A stretch of 62,679 bases of DNA, the filler included, from Candidatus Delongbacteria bacterium (lineage in GTDB: Bacteria; UBA4055), in the NCBI GenBank assembly GCA_016937995.1. It is 5 parts of 5 records of this genome, joined end to end, with 100 filler letters (N's around TTAATTAATTAA, not from the genome) between each part and the next. Parts side by side here need not be neighbours in the genome. Positions count along the whole stretch, not along the records: positions 1 to 10,862 come from JAFGVM010000045.1; positions 10,963 to 18,642 come from JAFGVM010000046.1; 3 more parts are not named here. The stretch is one strand, 5' to 3'. Positions 7,961-18,128 of this stretch are shown here, piece by piece. Every line of letters begins with the position of its first letter. The stretch's first letter is position 1. The translations under genes and the position numbers were made by a program. The notes beneath the pieces are model-generated. The model searched no databases and was not told the origin of the DNA. It was given only the letters and a program-made list of their open reading frames with translations.

Positions 7961-10591
7961 TTAATTCGTCAAATAATACGATATTGATACGATACTGGCT
8001 ATTATCGCTACCCATTCTTTCAAGGTGGTTCCGTCTTTCTCTTCAGGGATCTTTGATCTTTTCACAACGATCCTTGAACCTTCTTTTACACTTGGAGAAA
8101 AGAGCCAGCCGTCAACCTCAGCTGCACCTCCCGGATAATAAACTACGGTCTCACCCTCTTCGTAATTATCATCGACCATTACCCCACCGGCTGCATCCAC
8201 ATAATCCTGAAGATCCCAGCCTTTAGTAAATTTTACAAGTCCCGGGCTGAAAACAAATCCTTCCACCTGAACAACTCCGGGATGCTTAGGAATGTTTATA
8301 ACATCTCCATGCTGTAATACAAAGTCGCCACCTTTGCTTCCTTTTTTCACATTGCCGAAATTTGACAGAACATTCATACTGTCTCTTGTAAACGATATTC
8401 CGTCGGTAAAAGCTTCATTCTTCAATCCGCCGGCTCTTTCTATAAGTTCAGCCAGAGTTTCTTTTTCCTTCTGCAATGAATAGTTCCCCGGAAATTTAAC
8501 TTCTCCGTTTAGGGTAACTGATCTGTGATACTGAAAATCAGGATATTCCCTGATAACCACTTTGTCTTTATTCTGAAGTAAGAATTTATTTTTCGGTGAT
8601 CTACCTTTGTCAAAGAAATTTTTATCAATTGAAACTTTATGTACTGAAACCAGTTTCTCCGGTTGAATATTATACGGATCTACCCTGAAAACCTCTGCTT
8701 CGTAATACAGAGCTCCTTCAAGGAAACCGTTTGCCTGAAGTATAAGGTCCTCAACACCCATATTGGTTTGAAGCTTATACTTTCCCGGTGTTTTTACAAA
8801 GCCGTTAATTGTTACATCTTCCGGCAGCTTTATTACATCAATCTGATATATCTTTAAGTGATCTTTATGCTTAAGTAAAATATTTTCAGATTCATCACCG
8901 TCAAGAAGTTTTCTCAGATCTATAGGTATTATCCTTGTTTTGATCCCATCTTCATCATAACGGATAAGATCTGCTCTTTCAAGGTAAGTTTCCTTTACAT
9001 AATCAGGATCTCTCAGACTTCCGCTTTGAAATATAAGGTCTGCTACTTTTGTACTGTCACTCAGAGAATAAACACCCGGTTTTTTGATATGACCTGAGAT
9101 CTCAACCCAGTGTCTTGTAAATATCTCCCAGTTGGAATATATTTTTACTTTATCTGCGCTTTCAAGTCTGAAATTTAAATACTCTTTTTTTGTTAGATCT
9201 ATATCAATAAGTTCAGTGCTAAGGTCCGGGTGGGTTCTTATTATTTCGCCCTTGGTCAAATAAGCTTCGGGAAGAAGTCCACCGGTCTTACTTATCAGGT
9301 TGGCAACGGTCATATTAGGTTCAAGCGAATATTGTCCCGGTAAAATAACTGCACCCTGTATATTTACATAATTGATCACAATATCAGATATTGGAAAGAC
9401 TGAAACTATATCACCATCTTCAAGTTTCACAGGATTTATTACTACATTCCCTTTTACAATATTTCCAAATTTAAATTCTTTAATTTCTTTTGAATACATC
9501 AGCTCTTTTGACCTGTCCTTGAAAGGTATTATTCTTTCAACCTGTACTCTTTGTAACGAAGATGTTATTTTCACTCCGCCGGAATATTTTATCAGGTCGC
9601 TCAGATCCTCATTTTCCTTCAGCTCGTATATCTTTTCGTTGTTCACTTCACCCTTAAGCTTAATACTGCTGTATCTCGGTTGTACAAGTATGTTATCATT
9701 GTTCTTTAGGATTATATCGTCAACTTTTCTTCCGGTAAGAAGGTAATCGTAAATATCTATTGTAGAGACCACTTTTCCGTTTCTGACAACCTGAATATTT
9801 CTTAAAGTACCTCTGGCTGTAGGACCGCCGGCATTGTAAAGTGCAGTGAAAACTGTTGAATAAGAATCAAGCTTAATTGCTCCCTGCTTAAATACCTCAC
9901 CTACAAGAAAAACAGTGATCGGCTTTAGTTTTCCAAGAGAAACGTCTAAATAGGTTGAAGCTTCACCACTTGAAGGTTCAAGTGTTATATATGCTTTTGC
10001 TAAAAGTTTTTTCAGTTTTAATTCAAGAGCATCCAGTTTGTAACCGTTCACAGTTACCAAACCTACATTGTCTAAATATATTGTACCGTCTTTGGAGACT
10101 TTTAAGGTTTTTCTAAGCTCAACATCACCCCACATTGATAAAACGATCTCATCTCCGGGACCCACCTGATAATCAGAATAGGATGTCATTGATGATTCCA
10201 TTTTGAAACCCTTACTGGTATAGAAAAGATCATAACTGTAATATCCTTTTGTGCTCATGGTGATCTCTCTGAGAAAATCATCACTTCTTATATTGACGAT
10301 CTTATCATCATCATCATCCGCATCACCGTTTTTTAGATCATCCTTTTTCTTATCCATCATTTCTTTCGCTTTTTCAGCTTCAAGAAGCATTTCAGTCTGT
10401 TTAGAGACCTCTTTGCTTGTGTCAGAATTAAGTATAATTGAACCATTTGTACTATTTTGCAATAATGCGGATTGAATAGCTGCAGCTTCTCCTCCTGTTG
10501 GAAGAATTGCACCGCCATCCTGTGCAGTCAATGTTGAAAAGCTGATCGATAAAATAATTAAAAAGAAGAGCGTTTTAATCGGGTTTCTCAT
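7961..10591 (-). CDS. SLBB-repeat polysaccharide export protein (Wza/KpsD-like)
   Basis: Signal peptide, DYQVGPGDEI Poly_export motif, repeated V.I.G.V..PG.Y SLBB units, C-terminal hydrophobic helix; heads the polysaccharide cluster. Confidence 0.88.
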   Translation of the reverse strand: MRNPIKTLFFLIILSISFSTLTAQDGGAILPTGGEAAAIQSALLQNSTNGSIILNSDTSKEVSKQTEMLLEAEKAKEMMDKKKDDLKNGDADDDDDKIVNIRSDDFLREITMSTKGYYSYDLFYTSKGFKMESSMTSYSDYQVGPGDEIVLSMWGDVELRKTLKVSKDGTIYLDNVGLVTVNGYKLDALELKLKKLLAKAYITLEPSSGEASTYLDVSLGKLKPITVFLVGEVFKQGAIKLDSYSTVFTALYNAGGPTARGTLRNIQVVRNGKVVSTIDIYDYLLTGRKVDDIILKNNDNILVQPRYSSIKLKGEVNNEKIYELKENEDLSDLIKYSGGVKITSSLQRVQVERIIPFKDRSKELMYSKEIKEFKFGNIVKGNVVINPVKLEDGDIVSVFPISDIVINYVNIQGAVILPGQYSLEPNMTVANLISKTGGLLPEAYLTKGEIIRTHPDLSTELIDIDLTKKEYLNFRLESADKVKIYSNWEIFTRHWVEISGHIKKPGVYSLSDSTKVADLIFQSGSLRDPDYVKETYLERADLIRYDEDGIKTRIIPIDLRKLLDGDESENILLKHKDHLKIYQIDVIKLPEDVTINGFVKTPGKYKLQTNMGVEDLILQANGFLEGALYYEAEVFRVDPYNIQPEKLVSVHKVSIDKNFFDKGRSPKNKFLLQNKDKVVIREYPDFQYHRSVTLNGEVKFPGNYSLQKEKETLAELIERAGGLKNEAFTDGISFTRDSMNVLSNFGNVKKGSKGGDFVLQHGDVINIPKHPGVVQVEGFVFSPGLVKFTKGWDLQDYVDAAGGVMVDDNYEEGETVVYYPGGAAEVDGWLFSPSVKEGSRIVVKRSKIPEEKDGTTLKEWVAIIASIVSISYYLTN

Positions 10592-10725
10592 TTTTGTTCC
10601 TGTAATAATTTTTTGTAAATTTTTTATATTTACTACGTAAATACGAATATGTTCATATTAAAGAGTTTAATATAACGATATTGTGGGTAAGTCGCAATGG
10701 AATTAATATGGGTGTTCAAGCTAAT

Positions 10726-10749
10726 AAAAAAGGCAGAAATATTTCTGCC
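10726..10749 (-). terminator. Intrinsic terminator
   Basis: ggcagaaat-atttctgcc palindrome followed by a T-run on the minus strand. Confidence 0.65.
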
Positions 10750-10862
10750 CTAAATAAATTGTTTTCGATATAACTTATTATTTACATTAGTGACATTTGT
10801 CCCCTGAGAAGTAACCAAGTGTTACGCGGTAGTAAATATTTCTTCATTTTATCACTTCCGGA

Positions 10863-10962
10863 NNNNNNNNNNNNNNNNNNNNNNNNNNNNNNNNNNNNNN
10901 NNNNNNTTAATTAATTAANNNNNNNNNNNNNNNNNNNNNNNNNNNNNNNNNNNNNNNNNNNN
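10863..10962. other. Artificial contig spacer
   Basis: N-run + TTAATTAATTAA (stops in all frames) + N-run, 100 nt. Confidence 0.99.
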
Positions 10963-11017
10963 TGCGTTGTTCGTTGAGCGTACTGTACCTCTGACTTCTA
11001 ATTTCTAACTTCTGACT

Positions 11018-12814
11018 TTATATTCGCATGAATCGTTTATCCAGTTCTTTCAGTGAAAGATCTATAATAATAGGTCTTCCGTGTGGGCAGACGTGAGGAA
11101 ATTCGCATTGAAAAAGGTCGTTGATAAGGTCTATCATTTCATCCTGAGTGAGACTTTGTCCGGATTTTATGGCACGTTTACAGGAATAAGAAGCCGCAAC
11201 TGATTCTATAACACCCATTTTTTTCTTACGGTACAGCTTGAAATTGTCGATCAGATCAAGAACTTCTCTTTTTTCATCACCAACTTCTATTCCAAGCGGA
11301 GTTTCTTCAATAATAAATGAGTTGCCACCGAATTCTCTAAGAACAAATCCCAGCCCTTTCATGTATTCAGAGATCTCTTTTAATATCAGGCGGTCTTCGA
11401 AAGATAGATCAATATTCACAGGGAATAACAAAGCTTGTGAAGGCAAAGTTTCTTTGCTGAATGCCTTGATCGCTTTTTCATAAAGAATTCTTTCATGAGC
11501 CACATGCTGGTCAATCACAAGCACACCTGATTCGACCTGTATGAAAATGTACTTGTTATGCATCTGCCAGATATTTTCAGATACTATAACTTCGTTACGG
11601 ATATTGAGGATCTTTGTACCTAAAGTTTGAGGCCGGAAGAAGTCCTGTTCATTTTTTGTTTTGTATTTATCTATGCTTTCAGCAGTAACAGAATTATTTT
11701 CTTTTGGTTTTACATATGCATTCGGAGTATTTTGAAAAAATTCTGAATTTTCATCTGATGCAGAGTTGATCTCCTGATCAACTTCATCATTCTCATTTAT
11801 TCCAAGATCGTAAATTGAAAGTGATTCTCTGAGAACTCTGCCTACACCTTCCTGAATAAGTTTTTTAACTCTGAGCTCGTCAGTAAATTTTACGGTCAGT
11901 TTTGCAGGATGTACGTTTACATCGATCTCAGAAAAAGGCAGATCAATAAAAAGAATGTAAAATGGATAATATCCGTGTTCGATCATATTCTTGAATGTCT
12001 GGAAAACAGTATAGCTTATAAGCTTATCTTCGACTATTCTTCCGTTGATAAACAGATATTGATTATCCTTACCTTTTCTTGCAAGTTCTTTTTTACCGAT
12101 GAAACCGCTTAATTTGTATTGTCCGATACTGTTAGATACTTCGATCAGGCTTTCCTTATTAACTTCATTCAAAACCGAGCTGATCCTGTTTTTGATTTCT
12201 TCTTTTCTCAGGTCAAAGATCACTTTTTCATTGTGGATAAGTTTTAAATTTAATTCCGGATGAGAAAGAGCAAGTTTTTTAAAATAAGTATAAATGTGAC
12301 GGTATTCCTGTGTTGCATCCTTAAGGAACTTTCTTCTAGCAGGAACATTAAAGAACAGAGATTTGACTTTGATTACTGTAGATTGTCTTAACGGAGTTGG
12401 CTGAACCCCTTCGATCACTCCTCCTTTGATCACAACCAAAGAACCTTCACTGCTATCTTTTTTCTTTGATGCAGCTTCCACTATCGAAACAGATGCGATA
12501 CTTGGTAAAGCTTCACCCCTGAATCCCATGGTCTCTATTGATACAAGATCATCGTAATTTTTTATCTTGGATGTAGCATGGCGTTCAAAAGATAACAGAA
12601 GATCATCCTCGGTCATTCCTATACCATTGTCAGTGATCTCAATGTAAGTTTTACCTCCGTCTTTCAAAGTTACTGAAATTTCATCGGCAGAGGCATCAAT
12701 TGAATTTTCAACAAGCTCTTTAACAACAGAGAAAGGTCTGTCAACAACTTCACCAGCTGCTATCTTATTAATGAGTATGTCAGGTAATATTGATATTTTA
12801 TCGGATATAGTCAT
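11018..12814 (-). CDS. mutL: DNA mismatch repair endonuclease MutL
   Basis: IAAGEVV, ELVENSIDA, GFRGEAL, DVNVHPAK, DQHVAHERILYE endonuclease motif, CPHGRP. Confidence 0.97.
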   Translation of the reverse strand: MTISDKISILPDILINKIAAGEVVDRPFSVVKELVENSIDASADEISVTLKDGGKTYIEITDNGIGMTEDDLLLSFERHATSKIKNYDDLVSIETMGFRGEALPSIASVSIVEAASKKKDSSEGSLVVIKGGVIEGVQPTPLRQSTVIKVKSLFFNVPARRKFLKDATQEYRHIYTYFKKLALSHPELNLKLIHNEKVIFDLRKEEIKNRISSVLNEVNKESLIEVSNSIGQYKLSGFIGKKELARKGKDNQYLFINGRIVEDKLISYTVFQTFKNMIEHGYYPFYILFIDLPFSEIDVNVHPAKLTVKFTDELRVKKLIQEGVGRVLRESLSIYDLGINENDEVDQEINSASDENSEFFQNTPNAYVKPKENNSVTAESIDKYKTKNEQDFFRPQTLGTKILNIRNEVIVSENIWQMHNKYIFIQVESGVLVIDQHVAHERILYEKAIKAFSKETLPSQALLFPVNIDLSFEDRLILKEISEYMKGLGFVLREFGGNSFIIEETPLGIEVGDEKREVLDLIDNFKLYRKKKMGVIESVAASYSCKRAIKSGQSLTQDEMIDLINDLFQCEFPHVCPHGRPIIIDLSLKELDKRFMRI

Positions 12815-12972
12815 TGTTTTAACACCATAGTTTTATCAGAGAAAGAATTATAAGAAACAGAACGGTGAAATTCAATCTATAAATTCAAAATTAAATTTTA
12901 TTATAATTTTGCTTGAAATTATAGAATATTTTGTATATGTTAAGATATTCTGAATTCTAGGGGGGAAGTTCA

Positions 12973-13488
12973 GTGAAAAAATTAGTCTTATTTTGGGCAC
13001 TAACATCATTGTTTTTTAGTTGTGTGTCTACTAGTACCGTAAATTCCAGATTAAGTAAATTTAAAGATCCTGATACAGGTGTTGAAACAGTTGAAACGAT
13101 TATCTCGTTCGGAGATACCGGAGATGAAACACTTATTTCATTCAACCAGACAAAGAATCCGAAAAATATTAATTGGTATATTATAGGTAAGTTTGCCACT
13201 TCGAAAGAAGGGGATTATGCAAAGCTGGATCTAACAATTGATAAAAAGGTGAGAGAGTTGAAAGTTGGCGGAGCATATAATACATATGACATAAAAACAG
13301 CAAATTCAAAATTATTTAAAAAAGTGGAATACTATCGTATTGATGAAGAGATAATTTCAGATATAAACAAATGCGTAAGTCTAAAATTAACCTTTGTAGG
13401 TACCGGTAGATCAGAAGATTTTACCTACAGTAAAGAGCAGTTAAAAGACATTAAAGAATGGATAAAAAATATTACGATTCCGAAATAA
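12973..13488 (+). CDS. Hypothetical lipoprotein
   Basis: GTG start after GGGGGAAG; MKK + hydrophobic stretch + FFSC lipobox-like; terminator follows. Confidence 0.7.
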   Translation: MKKLVLFWALTSLFFSCVSTSTVNSRLSKFKDPDTGVETVETIISFGDTGDETLISFNQTKNPKNINWYIIGKFATSKEGDYAKLDLTIDKKVRELKVGGAYNTYDIKTANSKLFKKVEYYRIDEEIISDINKCVSLKLTFVGTGRSEDFTYSKEQLKDIKEWIKNITIPK

Positions 13489-13502
13489 TTTAAAACATAA
13501 GT

Positions 13503-13535
13503 AAAAAAAAGCGTTCTTATGAACGCTTTTTTTTT
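13503..13535. terminator. Bidirectional intrinsic terminator
   Basis: aaaaaaaagcgttc-ttat-gaacgcttttttttt between convergent genes. Confidence 0.88.
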
Positions 13536-13547
13536 GTGAACGGAAAT

Positions 13548-14477
13548 TTAATTATTAACCTTAAAAGTAATGTCCCCATTTCCAAAATATGCTATAATCT
13601 GTTCGACAGCTGCTATACCGGCATTAATGTTAGCTTCTGCTGTCTGAGCACCCATTTTCTTTGGAGTGAAAAGAACTCTGTCCGAGAACTTTTCTTCAAG
13701 TTCAGCAGCACAACCCGGAGCAATATCAGACAGATACCTGAAGTCTTCTCTTTCCTCAAGAACGATCTTTAAACCCTCTTCACAAACCACTTCTTTTCTT
13801 GCTGTATTAACAAGGACTGCACCCTTTGGCATTGACATCAAAAGACCTTTGTGAATAGAATTTTTAGTTTTTTCGTTTGCAGGAATGTGAAGTGAAATGT
13901 ACTGACATTTTGAATAAAGTTCTTCAGCGGAATGAACGACTTTTACACCGTCTTTTGAAATGTCTTCGTCTTTCAGGAAAGGGTCGAATGCATAAATATC
14001 CATACCGAAGCCTTTTGCGATCGCAGCAACATATTTACCGACATTGCCGTAAGCGTGAATACCAAGGGTCTTGCCTTTTAGCTCGGTACCGGATTTTCCG
14101 TTGAACTTTCCTCTTGCCATATAGATCATCATCCCGATAGCAAGTTCAGCTACGGCGTTCGAGTTCTGTCCCGGAGTATTCATTGCAACAACACCTTTTG
14201 CTGTAGCAGCTTCAAGATCGATATTATCATATCCTGCACCAGCTCTTACGATCACCTTTAGCCTGTCACCTGCATCGATCACTTCTTTTGTAGCTTTATC
14301 GCTTCTTATTATCATAGCATCAGCTTCTTTTGCAGCTTCAACAAGTTGTGACTGCTCTGTATATTTTTCGAGTAATTTTATCTCGAAACCGGGAGTTTTC
14401 TCCACGATCGCTTTCATTAGATCAACTGCTTCTTTTGCAAACGGTTTGTCTGTGGCTATTAGAATAGTTTTTGACAT
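13548..14477 (-). CDS. serA: D-3-phosphoglycerate dehydrogenase, short form
   Basis: RAGAGYDNID, NTPGQNSNAVAE, NTAR, TPKKMGAQT; directly downstream of serC. Confidence 0.88.
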   Translation of the reverse strand: MSKTILIATDKPFAKEAVDLMKAIVEKTPGFEIKLLEKYTEQSQLVEAAKEADAMIIRSDKATKEVIDAGDRLKVIVRAGAGYDNIDLEAATAKGVVAMNTPGQNSNAVAELAIGMMIYMARGKFNGKSGTELKGKTLGIHAYGNVGKYVAAIAKGFGMDIYAFDPFLKDEDISKDGVKVVHSAEELYSKCQYISLHIPANEKTKNSIHKGLLMSMPKGAVLVNTARKEVVCEEGLKIVLEEREDFRYLSDIAPGCAAELEEKFSDRVLFTPKKMGAQTAEANINAGIAAVEQIIAYFGNGDITFKVNN

Positions 14478-14491
14478 AAAAATCTCCCTGT

Positions 14492-15574
14492 TTAAGCGTT
14501 TTCTTTATCAAATTTTGCAATGAAGTCAGCAAGATGTTGACAACCTTCAATAGGCATTGCATTGTATATACTTGCTCTCATACCACCAACACTTCTGTGA
14601 CCCTTCAAGTTTACCATATCCGCAGCTTCAGCTTCTTTCAGGAATTTCTTATTTAGATCGTCTGAGTCAGTGAAGAATGGAATGTTCATCAATGATCTGT
14701 CTTTTTCAGCAGTTACATGAGCTTTGAAAAGCTTTGAATTATCGATCGCATCATAAACTATCTTCGCTTTTTTCTTATTAAGTTCTTCGTAGTACTTTAC
14801 TCCTCCAAGTTTCAACATGTGGTCAAAAACCAGTCTTAAAATGTAAATTCCCCAGGTTGGAGGTGTGTTGAACATTGAACCGTTCTCAACATGCGTTTTA
14901 TAATCAAGCATCGTTGGAATTCCTTCGATCTGACCTACAAGATCTTCTCTGATGATCACAAAAGTCACACCAGCAGGACCGATATTCTTTTGTGCGCCAC
15001 CGTAGATCAATGCGTATTTTGTCATGTCAAACTCTTCAGAAAGGATATTTGATGACATGTCAGCTACAACTGGAACATCTCCTGTGCATGGAAGGTCCAT
15101 TAGTTTAGTTCCATAGATCGTGTTGTTAGATGTTACATGGAAGTAATCAGCATCTTTTGAAAAAGAAGCTGGATCGAGTTCAGGTACATAAGAAAATGTT
15201 TTATCCGATGAATCACCTACAATATTAACCTGACCGAATTTTTTTGCTTCAGCGATAGCTTTTTTTGACCATACACCGGTATTTACAAAATCAACTTTTT
15301 TGTTTTTCATAAGGTTCATCGGGATCATTGCAAATTGAAGTGATGCACCACCCTGAAGAAATAGAACCTTGTAATTGTCAGGTATATTCATCAGTTTTCT
15401 AAGACCAGCTTCAGCACTGTCAATTATCTCCTGATACCATGAAGAACGGTGACTTAATTCCATAACACCCATTCCTGAACCGTGATAGTTCAGCATTTCA
15501 TCTGCAGCTGCCTTAAGAACAGCTTCGGGAAGTACAGCAGGACCTGCAGAAAAATTATAAACTCTTTTAGACAT
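14492..15574 (-). CDS. serC: Phosphoserine aminotransferase
   Basis: NFSAGPA, ELSHRS, LQGGASLQF, GAQKN, FNTPP, GHRSVGGMRASIYNA. Confidence 0.97.
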   Translation of the reverse strand: MSKRVYNFSAGPAVLPEAVLKAAADEMLNYHGSGMGVMELSHRSSWYQEIIDSAEAGLRKLMNIPDNYKVLFLQGGASLQFAMIPMNLMKNKKVDFVNTGVWSKKAIAEAKKFGQVNIVGDSSDKTFSYVPELDPASFSKDADYFHVTSNNTIYGTKLMDLPCTGDVPVVADMSSNILSEEFDMTKYALIYGGAQKNIGPAGVTFVIIREDLVGQIEGIPTMLDYKTHVENGSMFNTPPTWGIYILRLVFDHMLKLGGVKYYEELNKKKAKIVYDAIDNSKLFKAHVTAEKDRSLMNIPFFTDSDDLNKKFLKEAEAADMVNLKGHRSVGGMRASIYNAMPIEGCQHLADFIAKFDKENA

Positions 15575-15821
15575 GATTAGCTCCTTTTTACTTTATTATT
15601 TAATTTTGTAGAACTCGTTTATTTTTGATAATATGACATTTAAGCAAAGGTGAATTTAAATTGTTGTTAGTACCTTGTCAAGTAATATTTTTAACACTGG
15701 ATTTCGTTAAAACTGATATGTTAAACGTAGAAAAATGGTGTGACAAAAAAGAAAAATAATACTATTGACTGAAAATAATGAATCATTTAACTTGTTGATG
15801 GTTTAATTCAGGAGTTCGTTT

Positions 15822-17984
15822 ATGAATAAATATTTTTTGCTTTTTATAATTACTGCACTGCTTACATTCAGTATAAGTTCATGTTCCACCCAAGAAAAAA
15901 ACATCATTGATAATGATCAGGTGATTGTCTTAAAAACCGATTATCCCGTTGCTCCTAAAAGACCTGTTGTAACCGATATCCATTCTTATAAACTTGAAGA
16001 CAATTACGCGTGGCTAAAAGACAAGGAGAGAAAAAATGAGGAAGTGCTTAACTACATTAAAGAAGAGAATGTATACGCTGAGCATAAATTAAGGAAACTT
16101 TCAGGATTAAGAGATAAATTGTATAACGAGATCATCAGCAGAATAGATATGGAGGATGTTAGTGTTCCTGTTAAGCTGGACAAGTACCTATATTATTCCA
16201 GAGATGTAGAGGGTAAACAATATTCTGTTTACTGTAGAAAGCTGGATGTTGAAAATTCAGAAGAAGAGATATTGTTGGATATGAATGAATTATCTAAAGG
16301 CCATGATTATACTGACCTGGGATCTTATAAGGTCAGTCCTGATGACAAATTCCTGGCATATACTCTTGATACCTCAGGCAACGAAAACTATACACTTTAC
16401 ATAAAGTATCTGCAGTATGGAAGACTGCTACCTGTTACAATTGAAAGGGTTGACGATATAGAATGGTCGAATGACAGCCGTAACATTTACTATTCCACTA
16501 CAAATAAAGAAAATGAAAGGACAGACAAAATATTCAGGCATGTAATAGGAACAAAGCTTGAAGATGATAAACTTCTTTACAAAGAGGATGATCCATCTTT
16601 TTATGTGTGGGTGAACAAAACAAAAGACAAAAAGTTTCTGCTGATCGGAACAGCAAATAATACCACATCAGAAATGAGATATCTATCCGCTGATAATCCT
16701 CTCGGTTCATTTACAATGGTCTATCCAAGAAAAGATGGTATAGAGTATTACCTGGAGCACCATGATAACAAATTTTACATTTTAACAAACAAGGACAGAG
16801 CTAAAAATTTCAAAATTATGACAGTTGATGAAAACACACCATATTCAGGTAAATGGAAAGATTTTTACGAACACCGCATGGATGTATATCTAGAAGATTA
16901 CGAATTATTTGAAAATTATTTTGTAACTTCAGAGATAACTAACGGTAAAAGGACTATTAAAGTTCTTGACTATGAATCATTGAACGGTAAAGATATTTCA
17001 TTTGATGAAGCTGCTTACACAGTTAGTTTAGCATGGAACCCAAATTTTGAAAGTAATAAGTTAAGGTATATTTATGAGTCTCTAACCACTCCTTATTCGA
17101 TCGTTGATTATGATATGGAAACAGGTAAAAAAGAATTTCTTAAACAGCAAAAAGTTCTTGGAGGGTATGATAGGATCAAATATAGATCTGAGAAAATATT
17201 TGCAAGATCTCATGATGGTGCTATGATACCTATATCTCTTGTTTACAACAGGGAGAAATTTAAAAAAGATGGATCTAATCCACTTCTTCTTGAAGGTTAT
17301 GGTGCGTATGGTGATATCAATGATCCATATTTTTCTTCCGCAAGAATAAGTTTACTTGACAGAGGTTTTGTTTTTGCAATAGCTCATGTTAGAGGTGGTA
17401 GAGAGAATGGTGCAGAATGGTATGAACAGGGTAAATTGTTGAACAAGATGAATTCTTTCAAAGACTTCATTGCTTGTTCTGAGCATTTGATAAGTGATAA
17501 ATACACTTCAGAGAACAAGCTTATAATAAAGGGTGCAAGTGCAGGAGGTCTGCTGATAGGGGCTGTTCTAAACATGAGACCTGACTTGTTCGCAGCTGCA
17601 ATTCTGGATGTTCCTTTTCTTGATGTTATTAATACAATGATGGATCCGACTCTGGGAACAACTGTTTCAGAGTATGAGGAATGGGGAGATCCAAATAACA
17701 AGCTTTTTTTTGACTACATAAGATCATACTGTCCATACCAAAATATCAGGATCCAGGATTATCCCGATATTTATGTCACTGCCGGATTTAATGATCCCAG
17801 AGTCAACTACTGGGAACCTGTAAAGTGGGTTGCAAAACTCAGAGATATAAAAACAGATGACAACTCTGTGATACTTCAAGTTTCAACATCAGGACATGGC
17901 GGTTCTTCAGGAAGATATGATTATTACAGTGAGCTGGCTCTCAAATATGCATATATGCTTGATCAGGTAGGAATAGATAATTAA
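15822..17984 (+). CDS. ptrB: Oligopeptidase B (S9A), with lipoprotein-like signal
   Basis: DNYAWL, GYGAYG, HVRGG, GASAGG nucleophile, DPRV, GHGG; ISSC lipobox. Confidence 0.9.
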   Translation: MNKYFLLFIITALLTFSISSCSTQEKNIIDNDQVIVLKTDYPVAPKRPVVTDIHSYKLEDNYAWLKDKERKNEEVLNYIKEENVYAEHKLRKLSGLRDKLYNEIISRIDMEDVSVPVKLDKYLYYSRDVEGKQYSVYCRKLDVENSEEEILLDMNELSKGHDYTDLGSYKVSPDDKFLAYTLDTSGNENYTLYIKYLQYGRLLPVTIERVDDIEWSNDSRNIYYSTTNKENERTDKIFRHVIGTKLEDDKLLYKEDDPSFYVWVNKTKDKKFLLIGTANNTTSEMRYLSADNPLGSFTMVYPRKDGIEYYLEHHDNKFYILTNKDRAKNFKIMTVDENTPYSGKWKDFYEHRMDVYLEDYELFENYFVTSEITNGKRTIKVLDYESLNGKDISFDEAAYTVSLAWNPNFESNKLRYIYESLTTPYSIVDYDMETGKKEFLKQQKVLGGYDRIKYRSEKIFARSHDGAMIPISLVYNREKFKKDGSNPLLLEGYGAYGDINDPYFSSARISLLDRGFVFAIAHVRGGRENGAEWYEQGKLLNKMNSFKDFIACSEHLISDKYTSENKLIIKGASAGGLLIGAVLNMRPDLFAAAILDVPFLDVINTMMDPTLGTTVSEYEEWGDPNNKLFFDYIRSYCPYQNIRIQDYPDIYVTAGFNDPRVNYWEPVKWVAKLRDIKTDDNSVILQVSTSGHGGSSGRYDYYSELALKYAYMLDQVGIDN

Positions 17985-17987
17985 ATC

Positions 17988-18025
17988 TGTCATACTGATG
18001 TGTCATTTTGACATATTGTCTGTCA
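17988..18025 (+). promoter_or_regulatory. Putative activator binding sites (TGTCA-N3-TGACA plus half sites)
   Basis: tgtca at 17988, tgtcattttgaca 18001-18013, tgtca at 18021, about 45-80 bp upstream of a sigma-54 promoter. Confidence 0.55.
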
Positions 18026-18067
18026 AGTTTTACCGGATAAAACCCTCAAATCAGCTATGAATAAAAT

Positions 18068-18083
18068 TGGCACAGTTGTTGCA
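18068..18083 (+). promoter_or_regulatory. Sigma-54 (-24/-12) promoter of hsp20
   Basis: TGGCAC-AGTTG-TTGCA matches TGGCAC-N5-TTGCW exactly. Confidence 0.8.
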
Positions 18084-18128
18084 AATAATGTTGTTTGTAA
18101 ACAAAAAACAACAAAAAAGGAGGCAATC

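Noticed and set aside
7701..8226. Short ORFs 7701-7964, 7797-8015, 7873-8226
   Set aside because: Translations of the repeat mosaic or antisense to real genes
10782..10862. Open minus-strand frame SGSDKMKKYLLPRNTWLLLRGQMSLM at the contig end
   Set aside because: May be the 3-prime end of a gene cut by the gap, but too short to call
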